DNA of 64,000 bases from an uncultured Clostridia bacterium (GTDB lineage Bacteria > Bacillota > Clostridia > Christensenellales > UBA1242): assembly GCA_944362965.1 (NCBI GenBank), contig CALVTR010000005.1:3700-67699 (forward strand), in the 5' to 3' direction. Below the pieces are notes generated by a model, which saw only the letters and a list, made by a program, of their open reading frames with translations, was not told the DNA's origin and made no database searches. Both the position numbers and the translations under genes were made by a program. Of this stretch, positions 40,899 through 50,382 are shown piece after piece (position 1 is the first letter of the stretch; each line of letters starts with the position of its first letter).

Positions 40899-43800
40899 AT
40901 GATTTTTAAAAAGATAGAAATGGTAGGATTCAAATCCTTCGCAGATAGAACAGTTATAGAATTTAATGATAATTTCACGGCTATTGTTGGACCAAATGGT
41001 TGCGGCAAGAGCAATGTTTCTGATGCTATTCGTTGGGTTTTAGGTGAACAAAGCCCAAAGACTTTGCGTGGCGACAGCATGCAGGACGTTATATTCAACG
41101 GAACGGAGAAAAGAAAGAGCCTTTCTTATTGTGAAGTTACATTGACATTTGACAACACAACACGCTTCTTTAATTTTGACTATGATGAGCTTGCTATCAC
41201 AAGAAAACTTTATCGTTCAGGCGAAAGTGAATACCTTATAAACCGCAACACCTGCCACTTGCGTGATATCACCAATCTTTTATATAACAGCGGTCTTGGT
41301 AAAAATGGCTACTCGGTTGTAAGTCAGGGCAAGGTGACAGAGCTTGTTGATGCAAAGCCTGAGAATAGACGTGCCATGTTTGAAGATGCAGCGGGCATCT
41401 CAAAGTATAAAAATGACAAAAAGGACGCAGAGCGAAAACTTGAACGCACAACTGACAACTTAACACGCGTTAAAGATATCTTGTCAGAGATTGAGCGTCA
41501 AATGGGCCCGCTTAAGAAACAAGCCGAAAACGCAAAAAAATATCTTGAATATAAGGGCAAACTTAAAGATTTAGAGGTCAATGCCTATATTTATCAATAT
41601 GAAAATGCAAATGACGTTAAGGAAAAAATCAATTTAAAACTTGATGCTTTAAACAAGCAAATTGACATGCGTCAGCAAGACCTAGATAAAACTTCAGCCG
41701 ACTATGATCAGGCTATGTTTGACCTTACAAACTTTGATAAGATGCTTGCCGAACTTAATGATAAGATACTTGAACTTACTGTAAACTTAGAGAAGCAGGA
41801 AAGCGAGACAAAAATTGCTAGAGAGCGTATAAATTATACATATAAAGAGAATGATAGGTTGCATCTTGACCGCACAAACAATCAAACGGCTATAGAAGTT
41901 TGCGAAGAAGAAAAGGCGGGCAAAAATAAGGCACTTGAAGATTTAACGGCAGACCTTGAAGCCCTTGAAAAATCTTTTGATGAGCTCTCTGAAAAATATT
42001 CAAAGATTGCAAATGAGTTGACACTGAGCGAAGACGAAGCAGGGCAAGGTCAGCAAAAAATCATTGAAACGCTTGGCTCACTTAGTGATATCAAAAGCTC
42101 TGTTTCTCGTCTTATGGCAGAGAAGGAACTTTTGTCAACAAATCTTGCAAATCTGAAGGAAGATTTAGTTTCACTATCAAATAAGAAGGAAGAAAATCTT
42201 AAACTTTTAAATGAAAGCAAAGAATTGATAGATGACAAAGAGAATGCTCTTGCAGATATAAAAGAGAAGCAAGAGTCGCTTGCAAGCAAAAATTACCTTG
42301 TTGAACGAAAACTTAAAGAACTTGACAATGAAAAAGCAAATATAAACACGCAGATTAAGGTTTTTGAAAATAGAAAGAAACTTTTGACTGACCTTCAAAA
42401 TGAATATGAAGGATACACTTTTGCTGTTAAAAAACTTCTTCGTGAAAGCGAGAAAAATGTGGCACTGAAGAAATGTATAGTTGGTGTTGTTGCATCTCTT
42501 ATCAAAGTGCCAGAGAAGTTTGAAACAGCCATTGAAGTTGCTCTTGGCGGAGCTGTTCAGAATATAGTTACCTATGATGAAGATGGTGCAAAAGAACTTA
42601 TCAAATTCTTAAAAGAAAACTCTTTTGGTCGTGCAACATTCCTGCCTATTTCATCTATGAAACGAAGAACCTTTGATGAAAGGCTTATTTCAGGAAAGGC
42701 AGGATGCTTTGGCGTTGCAAGCTCACTTGTTGACTATGACAAGAAGATAGATAATGTTGTAAGCAACCTGTTAGGTGCAACTGCGATTGTTGACAATCTT
42801 ACAACCGCAATAAACCTCGCAAGAGAAACAAAATATGCTTTTAGAATTGTCACTCTCGATGGTGAAATTATTGCTCCACAAGGCTCTTTAACAGGTGGTA
42901 GTAAGAAGGCAGAGTCTTCAAACCTTATAGGTCGTGAACGTGAAATTGAGACACTGGGCATAGACATAATAAAACTTGAAAAACGTGTTGAAGAGATAGG
43001 TAAAGAACTTTTAGAAAGCAGTCAAAATTTCTCTTCTCAAAAGAAAGTTTTAGACGATTTGAGTGCACAAAAGAGCAGCTTAGAAATTGAGATTGCTTCT
43101 GAAAAAGAGAAGTATAGCAAGTTTAAATCTATTGTTGAAGAGACAGAAGACAATATCAAAGTTGCTGAAATGGAATCTACAACTGTAGAGAATAAGATTA
43201 AGCTTATTTCAGATGAACTTTCTCGTTCTGAAAAGATTGAAAGTGCGCTCTCTGGCAATAAAGTTGATGCTGACGAACTTATCAAAGAGAAGAAAGAAAA
43301 GTATGAACAGCTAAGGGCTGAACGAGACGCTATCAATAACAATATTTTAACGGTCAAAGTTGAAATTGCAGAGACAAGAACAAAAATAGCATCTGCAAAG
43401 AGTGACCTTGAACGTATAGACAATGATTTAGGACGTTATAATCTCAATATTGTAAATCTCGACGAGCAAATAAAGAAGAACAATGAGTTTATAGAATCAT
43501 GCGAACAAATGATCAAAGAAAAACTCGCTTCCGCTCCATCTTCGGCTAAGAAGATTGAACTTGAAGAGCATATAAACCGCAGAGTCAATATTGAAACTGA
43601 TAAGGCAAAATTGCAAGATAAAATTAAGCAGCTAGACGCGTCAAAATCTTCACTGATGGATGAACTGTCTTCACTTCGTGATAAGAAGTTTAGAGAAGAG
43701 ATGAACTTATCTAAAGTAGACACCGAACTTGAGCAAATGCAAGAGCGTATCTACGAAGAATATTCGCTTTCTTATACAACTTGTCTTGACCTAAGAAGGG

Positions 43801-44483
43801 CAGACTTTGATATAGAAGTTGCTATGCCAGAGATTAGCAAGCTTAAGAAAGATATAAACGCACTTGGCTACGTAAATGTTAACGCTATTGAAGATTGCAA
43901 GGCACTTCTTGATAGATATGACGATTTGAATGCCCAAGCTCAAGACCTTGAAAAGGCTCAAGACGACCTAAATAAGATAATCAAAGACCTTTCAGGCATT
44001 ATGATTGAAAAGTTTAATAATGAGCTTAGCAGAATCAATGAAAGTTTCAAGCTTACATTTAGAGAACTCTTCGGTGGCGGAACAGCAAAACTTGCTCTTT
44101 CTGATGAAAGCGATCCGCTTGAGTCAGGCGTTGAAATCTTTGCTCAACCACCAGGAAAGAAAATTCAGAATATGACATTACTATCAGGTGGTGAAAAGTC
44201 ACTAACTGCTATGGCGGTTATATTTGCCATTCTTCGTATCAAACCGCTTCCATTCTGTTTGTTTGACGAAGTTGAAGCGGCACTTGACGATACTAACGTT
44301 GAAATTGTAGATAAATATCTTAAGAAACTTTCATCTGACACGCAATTTATCTTAATCACACACAAGAAACCAACAATGGAATACGCTGACGCACTTTATG
44401 GTGTTACAATGGAAGAAAAAGGGGTATCTAAGATTGTTTCAGTGCTTCTTTCAGATGCTATCAAACATGCTCAGGAGGGTTAA
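40899..44483 (+). CDS. smc: Chromosome partition protein SMC
   Basis: GFKSF, GPNGCGKSN, coiled coils, hinge GRATFLP, LSGGEK, DEVEAALD. Confidence 0.98.
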   Translation: MIFKKIEMVGFKSFADRTVIEFNDNFTAIVGPNGCGKSNVSDAIRWVLGEQSPKTLRGDSMQDVIFNGTEKRKSLSYCEVTLTFDNTTRFFNFDYDELAITRKLYRSGESEYLINRNTCHLRDITNLLYNSGLGKNGYSVVSQGKVTELVDAKPENRRAMFEDAAGISKYKNDKKDAERKLERTTDNLTRVKDILSEIERQMGPLKKQAENAKKYLEYKGKLKDLEVNAYIYQYENANDVKEKINLKLDALNKQIDMRQQDLDKTSADYDQAMFDLTNFDKMLAELNDKILELTVNLEKQESETKIARERINYTYKENDRLHLDRTNNQTAIEVCEEEKAGKNKALEDLTADLEALEKSFDELSEKYSKIANELTLSEDEAGQGQQKIIETLGSLSDIKSSVSRLMAEKELLSTNLANLKEDLVSLSNKKEENLKLLNESKELIDDKENALADIKEKQESLASKNYLVERKLKELDNEKANINTQIKVFENRKKLLTDLQNEYEGYTFAVKKLLRESEKNVALKKCIVGVVASLIKVPEKFETAIEVALGGAVQNIVTYDEDGAKELIKFLKENSFGRATFLPISSMKRRTFDERLISGKAGCFGVASSLVDYDKKIDNVVSNLLGATAIVDNLTTAINLARETKYAFRIVTLDGEIIAPQGSLTGGSKKAESSNLIGREREIETLGIDIIKLEKRVEEIGKELLESSQNFSSQKKVLDDLSAQKSSLEIEIASEKEKYSKFKSIVEETEDNIKVAEMESTTVENKIKLISDELSRSEKIESALSGNKVDADELIKEKKEKYEQLRAERDAINNNILTVKVEIAETRTKIASAKSDLERIDNDLGRYNLNIVNLDEQIKKNNEFIESCEQMIKEKLASAPSSAKKIELEEHINRRVNIETDKAKLQDKIKQLDASKSSLMDELSSLRDKKFREEMNLSKVDTELEQMQERIYEEYSLSYTTCLDLRRADFDIEVAMPEISKLKKDINALGYVNVNAIEDCKALLDRYDDLNAQAQDLEKAQDDLNKIIKDLSGIMIEKFNNELSRINESFKLTFRELFGGGTAKLALSDESDPLESGVEIFAQPPGKKIQNMTLLSGGEKSLTAMAVIFAILRIKPLPFCLFDEVEAALDDTNVEIVDKYLKKLSSDTQFILITHKKPTMEYADALYGVTMEEKGVSKIVSVLLSDAIKHAQEG

Positions 44484-44486
44484 TAA

Positions 44487-45383
44487 ATGGGGCTTTTTAA
44501 AAAAATTGGCAATGCTTTAAAGAAAACTCGTGAAGCCATTGCAAGACGTATAGATTCGCTATTAAGTCATGGCGAAATTGATGATGATTTCTATGATGAA
44601 CTTACTGATATACTTATATCTTGTGATATCGGCGTTCGCACAAGCATGGATATCGTTGAAGAGCTAAGGCTTAGAGCTAGAAAAAACAAAATAAGAAATG
44701 CCGAAGATGTAAAAAAGGAGCTAAAAGAAATTTTAAAAGAAGAGTTTGCTTCTCTATCTCAAATAGACCTTCAATATCCAGCCATTATCACTATAATAGG
44801 GGTGAATGGTGTAGGAAAAACAACAACTATCGGTAAAATGGCAAAGTATTTTAAAAATCAAAAGAAAGAAGTCACTCTTGTTGCAGGCGACACCTTCAGA
44901 GCTGCTGCGTCTAGTCAGCTGAATGAATGGGCAGAGCGCACAAAAACTCGTATTATAAAACACGCAGAAGGTGCTGATGCCGCAGCGGTTGTGTTTGACG
45001 GAATATCAAGTGCGAAGGCAAAAGGCACTGATGTGCTGCTTGTCGACACTGCGGGCAGACTTCATACAAAAACCAACCTAATGGAAGAGCTAAAAAAGAT
45101 TGATAAAGTTATAAATAGAGAGTATCCAGAAGCTCATAAATATAACTTTATTGTGCTTGATGCAACCACAGGGCAAAACGCCTTAAATCAAATAAATGCA
45201 TTTAGCGAATTTGTTAAAATCGATGGTATTATTTTAACAAAACTTGACGGAACTGCAAAGGGTGGCGTTGTTGTTGCCATAGAAAAGGAATATCATCTTC
45301 CTGTGGTGTTTGTAGGTGTTGGCGAAGGTGCCGACGACCTTGAACTATTCGATTATAACGACTTTATAGAAAACTTATTCTAA
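44487..45383 (+). CDS. ftsY: SRP receptor FtsY
   Basis: GVNGVGKTTT, DTFRAAA, DTAGR, TKLDGTAKGG. Confidence 0.98.
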   Translation: MGLFKKIGNALKKTREAIARRIDSLLSHGEIDDDFYDELTDILISCDIGVRTSMDIVEELRLRARKNKIRNAEDVKKELKEILKEEFASLSQIDLQYPAIITIIGVNGVGKTTTIGKMAKYFKNQKKEVTLVAGDTFRAAASSQLNEWAERTKTRIIKHAEGADAAAVVFDGISSAKAKGTDVLLVDTAGRLHTKTNLMEELKKIDKVINREYPEAHKYNFIVLDATTGQNALNQINAFSEFVKIDGIILTKLDGTAKGGVVVAIEKEYHLPVVFVGVGEGADDLELFDYNDFIENLF

Positions 45384-45411
45384 ATCCAAAAATAATTAAA
45401 AGGAGAATATT

Positions 45412-45684
45412 ATGGACGACGAAGAATTTGAAGAAATCAATTATAAATTTGATACACAACTTTTACTTGAAGGAAAAGATTTATCTGATGATGCGGTCCG
45501 AGAGTATATCACAAAGAATATTGAAGGAGACTGTCTTCTAGTTGTTGGTGATGACGAGCTTTTAAAGCTTCATTTCCACACAAACACTCCTTGGAAGGTG
45601 CTTGAATATTGTGCTTCTTTAGGCGAGATTTACGACGTAGTTATAGAAAATATGCCACGTCAAGCACAAGGACTTAAGGGCTAG
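45412..45684 (+). CDS. Stand-alone FakA/DAK2 middle-domain-like small protein
   Basis: GDCLLVVGDDELLKLHFHTNTPWKVL...G....IENM resembles the FakA (YloV) GDSLxVxxDxxxxKVHVHT segment. Confidence 0.78.
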   Translation: MDDEEFEEINYKFDTQLLLEGKDLSDDAVREYITKNIEGDCLLVVGDDELLKLHFHTNTPWKVLEYCASLGEIYDVVIENMPRQAQGLKG

Positions 45685-45869
45685 GCAATATAACACAAAT
45701 TGTTTTAATAATTGTGATTAGTTAAGGGGAGACCTTTGATTTCGAGCATATATTTGCTCGTTTTTTAATTAAATTATTTTATTATTTTTTTATAGACAAG
45801 CAAATTTCGACAACTTTCAACATATACAAATACTATTGTGATTTACTTCACTTTAAAGGGTGGTGCAAT

Positions 45870-46607
45870 GTGATTTATGAAAGTTTTGCGAAGTTTGTAA
45901 GCAAAATTTGTTGTTTTACATCATTTGTAAGCAGCATTCAGGGGTTTCCTAAACCACTTTCAAAAGAAGAAGAGCTCGAAGCTGTAAAAAAGCTTCAAGA
46001 AGGAGACCCTAAGGCAAGAGAACTTTTAATAAATCATAACTTGCGACTTGTTGCTCATATTGTGAAAAAATATAATAATTCGCTAGAAGCTGACGACCTT
46101 ATATCTGTTGGAACTATTGGTCTTATAAAGGCTGTAGATAGTTTTGACGACTCTAAGGGAGTGCTTCTTTCCACTTACGCGTCAAGATGCATAGAAAATG
46201 AAATTTTGATGCTTATCAGAGCAAACAAAAAGCATAAAGACATAGTTTCATTAAATTCAATGTTATCTCCTAAAGCTGATAGTGATGAGATGGAACTTGC
46301 AAATCTTATTCCGGCAGAGACTGAAGAAGACGTTTTTCATCAAGTTGAAGTGGGCTGTCTTATGCAGGATGTGGAACGAGCTATGGAAAAATATTTGACG
46401 CCAATGGAGCAAGAAATTATTAAATATCGCTATGGAATTTGTGGCTACGACATCAAAACTCAAAAGGAAGTGGCGGAAATTTTTAATATCTCGCGTTCAT
46501 ATATTTCACGAATTGAATCAAAAGTTATTAAAATTTTGCAAAAGAATTTGATAAAAGAAGACGAAAAAAATCAAAAAAATGAAGAAAATTTAGAAAAAAA
46601 TTTATAA
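45870..46607 (+). CDS. sigK: Sporulation sigma factor pro-SigK (uninterrupted)
   Basis: FPKPLS, HNLRLVAHIVKKY, DDLISVGTIGLIKA, YASRCIENEILM, TQKEVA...ISRSYISRIE. Confidence 0.9.
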   Translation: MIYESFAKFVSKICCFTSFVSSIQGFPKPLSKEEELEAVKKLQEGDPKARELLINHNLRLVAHIVKKYNNSLEADDLISVGTIGLIKAVDSFDDSKGVLLSTYASRCIENEILMLIRANKKHKDIVSLNSMLSPKADSDEMELANLIPAETEEDVFHQVEVGCLMQDVERAMEKYLTPMEQEIIKYRYGICGYDIKTQKEVAEIFNISRSYISRIESKVIKILQKNLIKEDEKNQKNEENLEKNL

Positions 46608-46698
46608 AAAGTCTTGTTTCTTGAAAAAAATAATTATATACTATAAAAAATGAATATTTTTTTTATGATTTTTTCTCATTTAATTGGGGTGGATATAT

Positions 46699-48066
46699 AT
46701 GGAAAAGGCGGAATTTTATAAAGTAGTAAATAAACTTATTTTACCACTATTTATTGGATCTTATATAGAAGGTGAAGAGGAGTCTTCAACGAGAGATAGC
46801 GAAGTTGCTTTCGGAAAACGCAACTCGCTTTTAATAAAGCCATCTAAGTCTGATGAATACAGACTTATCTTGAAACGGGGACAACCATTCCAAGCTTTTG
46901 AAGTAAACCTTCTAAGGAATGTTTTGAATGAAATTGATAGAATCTCAGCATTAAATTTAACTGACGAAAGCTATATAACAGTGCTTCAGAATAACGCTAT
47001 TGAAAGGTCCATTTGTGCAAGTATTTGTGAAAGCGAAACAACAAATGTTTTATTTGGCATTTTGACCGAGCTTGAGAAATGGGCGGCAAGAACCTATGAA
47101 GGAAAGAAAATAGCGATTGGTATCATATTAAACACCAGCGTAGACAACTCTGACCAGCCAGAAACAATATCATTTTCTGATATGATGGACAAGGATTTCT
47201 TTGCCCTTCTTTCTGATGGTGTTGATTCTTATGTTGAGTTTGATAAAAAAGGCAACCTTATTGGCTATCTTCAGTTGAATAAGGTTAAAAAAGTTAACGC
47301 TATTGCACCTTATGAATTTGAAATGGTTGCAAGATTTTGTAATGAAAAAAGAATTGGTATAGTTTTAACAAAAAATGGTGACTTCCTTTTATTTAAAAAC
47401 AGAGAACTTTTATTTTCTAAAAGGTCCGGCGGGTGGAACGTATACTCACATGAAGAAGTGATACAGCTTCTTTCATATCGCGGCAACTATTCTTTGAAAG
47501 ACATAAGACGTTCTGTTTATTACACGGCTCTAGACACTTCTTTTGCTTATAGCGGTGGCTGTATTATCTATTTAAATAAAGACACAGTGGAAGGTGTTTT
47601 AACTCACATAAACGCACATGATATTCTCGATGAACGTTATTTTGAAATAAAGAAGAGGCAGGAACTAGAAAACGCTGGAAAACTTTATAATCTTCAAACC
47701 TTATCTTCTGTTGAAGCTATGTTTAACGTTCCATATCAAACATTTTTAGAGCAGCAACATTGTGTTAAGGCGGAATGTTTAAGAAAAATAATATCTGGCA
47801 AACCTTTCCATGAGCTAAGCCGCAAACTCAGACAAGAACTTGTAAGCATGGATGGTGCAACAGTTATAGATAGCGACGGAACAATTATTGCAGTAGGTGC
47901 TATATTGAAAATTGAGGCGGGCAGTGATGGCGGCGGAAGACTTGCTGCTGCAACAACACTTTCTAAATATGGTATAGCAATTAAGATTTCTCAAGATGGT
48001 ATTTTGAAGGCCTTTTATCCTGACAGAAAGAATGGTAAGGTTAAAGTGCTATTTACAGTTGGTTAG
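46699..48066 (+). CDS. DisA_N/DAC-domain (diadenylate cyclase-like) protein with large N-terminal region
   Basis: ELVSMDGATVID..G.IIAVGAIL, GGGRLAAA, AIKISQDG; RTYEG and SDG motifs in N-terminal part; no TM. Confidence 0.78.
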   Translation: MEKAEFYKVVNKLILPLFIGSYIEGEEESSTRDSEVAFGKRNSLLIKPSKSDEYRLILKRGQPFQAFEVNLLRNVLNEIDRISALNLTDESYITVLQNNAIERSICASICESETTNVLFGILTELEKWAARTYEGKKIAIGIILNTSVDNSDQPETISFSDMMDKDFFALLSDGVDSYVEFDKKGNLIGYLQLNKVKKVNAIAPYEFEMVARFCNEKRIGIVLTKNGDFLLFKNRELLFSKRSGGWNVYSHEEVIQLLSYRGNYSLKDIRRSVYYTALDTSFAYSGGCIIYLNKDTVEGVLTHINAHDILDERYFEIKKRQELENAGKLYNLQTLSSVEAMFNVPYQTFLEQQHCVKAECLRKIISGKPFHELSRKLRQELVSMDGATVIDSDGTIIAVGAILKIEAGSDGGGRLAAATTLSKYGIAIKISQDGILKAFYPDRKNGKVKVLFTVG

Positions 48067-48217
48067 TCTTCAAGAAATGTTTATTTGTGTTTCTGTATTT
48101 TGATACTAACAGAATAAAAAGGAGTTAGAATATTATCATTCTAACTCTTTTTTAATGATTGCAACATGTATAAAAACTTGTGTTTATGCTTGTTATTAAT
48201 CTTAAATATTAAAAATA

Positions 48218-49105
48218 CTACTCAATTGTATATCCCATTTTAATAAAAAAATCTCTAAATATTTCGTCTCTATTCAAATCATTAACAAAAGTGATTTTAT
48301 GTCTATTTGTTATTGATTGATAAGAAGTGTCGTCAAGAATTTCTGGGCAACTTTTCTCTTGCGTCTTAAACCAATCTTTATTTAAAAAATAGGCAATAGC
48401 ACTTAAATCCCATAGTGTTTTACTTTCTCCAATAATATCTTTAGCATCTTTTCTATATGCCTTTTTGCAGTTTCTGAATATATTGCATAAATATTGTCCA
48501 ATCTCGCCTTGACCTAATAAATAATGCTCTAATTCATATACAGTAGTAGATAAGTTTGACGCAACATTTCTACAAGGAATAACCACTAATGGTGCCTTTG
48601 AATTAAAAACAAATCTTGTGCCTTCAACATCTTGTCTAAAATTAAATTCATTGTTCTTTTCAGTTAAAAAACTATTCCCGCCAAGCCAGATAATATCAAT
48701 TTTATTTATTATCTCTGGTGCGTGGTATATTGCTTTAGCAATATTTGTTATAGCACCTATTGCAATAATAGTTGTATGTTCGTTAGCTTTTGCTATTTCA
48801 ATTATTTTAGAACTAGCTGGATTTATTCCTTTGTTTTCAAAAAAATATGAAGTTGCACCTTTAAATATAACATCTTTATAAAAGCCCGCATTTAGCTTAT
48901 CTAAAATTTCGCAAGCCGTGTTATAAGACAAATCAACTCCTTCTGCAAGATTTTTAACAGGGGTATAACCAGTTCCTTTAAAAGGTGCAATTGTAATGGC
49001 TTGTAAATTAACATTATCTAAAGACCTAATAAGATAACATAAAGCAAATTGGTCATCAACTTCGTTTGATATATCTGTATCTAAAATTACATTTCTTTTT
49101 TGCAT
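48218..49105 (-). CDS. Nucleoside hydrolase (IU-NH family)
   Basis: ILDTDISNEVDDQFA Ca-binding motif, IGAITNIA, WLGG, EFN, LWD. Confidence 0.9.
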   Translation of the reverse strand: MQKRNVILDTDISNEVDDQFALCYLIRSLDNVNLQAITIAPFKGTGYTPVKNLAEGVDLSYNTACEILDKLNAGFYKDVIFKGATSYFFENKGINPASSKIIEIAKANEHTTIIAIGAITNIAKAIYHAPEIINKIDIIWLGGNSFLTEKNNEFNFRQDVEGTRFVFNSKAPLVVIPCRNVASNLSTTVYELEHYLLGQGEIGQYLCNIFRNCKKAYRKDAKDIIGESKTLWDLSAIAYFLNKDWFKTQEKSCPEILDDTSYQSITNRHKITFVNDLNRDEIFRDFFIKMGYTIE

Positions 49106-49674
49106 AATTTAGTGATCTCCTCATATAGATTTTTCCAACTTGTGACAAAAGGTAAATTTTCTTTATCTTTACGATTATATTTAGTAAACATTAGAATGCA
49201 ATTTATTCCACTTTCTCTCATTTTTCTACAATAGTCAGCACGGTCATCAATCATTATGTCGATGTTATTCTCTTTACATTCTTTTGCTTTATCTGGTGTT
49301 TTTGATAAAATAAGTTTTGTATAGTTTATTTTGTTCTTTTCAAGCCAATCAAGAGTGGTTTGTTCTGGATTTTTATAGTGGGGATATGCTCTGTGTGATA
49401 TAAGATAGAGTTTGTGTCCGTCTTGCAAAAGTTTGTCCATATATTTTTTACAGTTTCTCCTAGGTTTTAAATCTTTTGCTATTCGTTCCATATTGTTATT
49501 ATAAAATTCATCAACTTCTTCTCGCGACCAGTCAAACATACCATTGTTTATATGTTTTGCATGCTTATTAATAATGCCTGTATTTCTTTTATTTTTATCT
49601 TCTAACAGAAATTCTTTTAATATACTATTATCAAATGCGGTTATAACATTATCAATATCTAAACCTATGTTCAT
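49087..49674 (-). CDS. HAD-superfamily 5'(3')-nucleotidase (NT5C-like)
   Basis: IGLDIDNV, ISHR, T..WL, K, MIDD; overlaps nucleoside hydrolase start. Confidence 0.82.
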   Translation of the reverse strand: MNIGLDIDNVITAFDNSILKEFLLEDKNKRNTGIINKHAKHINNGMFDWSREEVDEFYNNNMERIAKDLKPRRNCKKYMDKLLQDGHKLYLISHRAYPHYKNPEQTTLDWLEKNKINYTKLILSKTPDKAKECKENNIDIMIDDRADYCRKMRESGINCILMFTKYNRKDKENLPFVTSWKNLYEEITKLCKKEM

Positions 49675-49875
49675 AATTACTCCTAATGCTTATATTATAA
49701 CATAAATTTTTATCTTGTGTATCAAAATATCAAAAAATAACATATCAATTTAGTAACAAAATAATAAAATATCTTACAAGTGCATATTTTTAGCAAAAGC
49801 TATTTCAAATTTTTGTCAATGGTATACTTTTAAAAGTATATAAAAATCGAAATTTAAAGCTCCTTTGTTTTTTAC

Positions 49876-49904
49876 TTGACAAATGCTTCTATATTATGTA
49901 TAAT
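49876..49904 (+). promoter_or_regulatory. Consensus SigA promoter of rnpB
   Basis: TTGACA-17-TATAAT. Confidence 0.85.
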
Positions 49905-49912
49905 AATTATAC

Positions 49913-50238
49913 AGTTATGCAGACAATCGCGTCAATTTTTGATGAGGAAAGTCCGAGCATCAAGAGAACTGGGTGCTGGCTAACGGCCAGCGGAGGCGAC
50001 TCTAGGAATAGTGCAACAGAAATAAACCGCCTATTTTTATAGGTAAGGATGGAAAGGTGGTGTAAGAGACCACCGCTTAGTTAGAGATAGCTAAGGCTCT
50101 GTAAACTCCACCTGATGCAAGGTCAAAAGGGCATATGTGCTTGTTCTCTCACGCCCTGAACGAACCGCTTGAACTTATTGGCAACAATAAGGCTAGATAG
50201 ATGATTGTCTAATACAGAACTCGGCTTACAGCATAACT
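49913..50238 (+). ncRNA. rnpB: RNase P RNA (likely type A)
   Basis: GAGGAAAGTCCGAGC, AGTGCAACAGAAA, ACAGAACTCGGCTTAC conserved blocks; P1 AGTTATGC/GCATAACT. Confidence 0.96.
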
Positions 50239-50239
50239 T

Positions 50240-50266
50240 ACCAGCTAGCAAAGAGCTGGTTTTTTA
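50240..50266 (+). terminator. rnpB intrinsic terminator
   Basis: ACCAGCT-agcaaag-AGCTGGT plus T-run. Confidence 0.8.
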
Positions 50267-50382
50267 TTTTACGCAAGGTTTATATATATCAAGTGTTTGC
50301 AGATATAACTTAGTAAAAATAGAAAAAGATACTTTTTTAAAGAACAAAGTCTAAAACTTAAAAAAATGTCAATAATTTGAGT

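Noticed and set aside
45870-46607. skin-like element interrupting sigK
   Set aside because: The ORF is continuous through regions 2-4.
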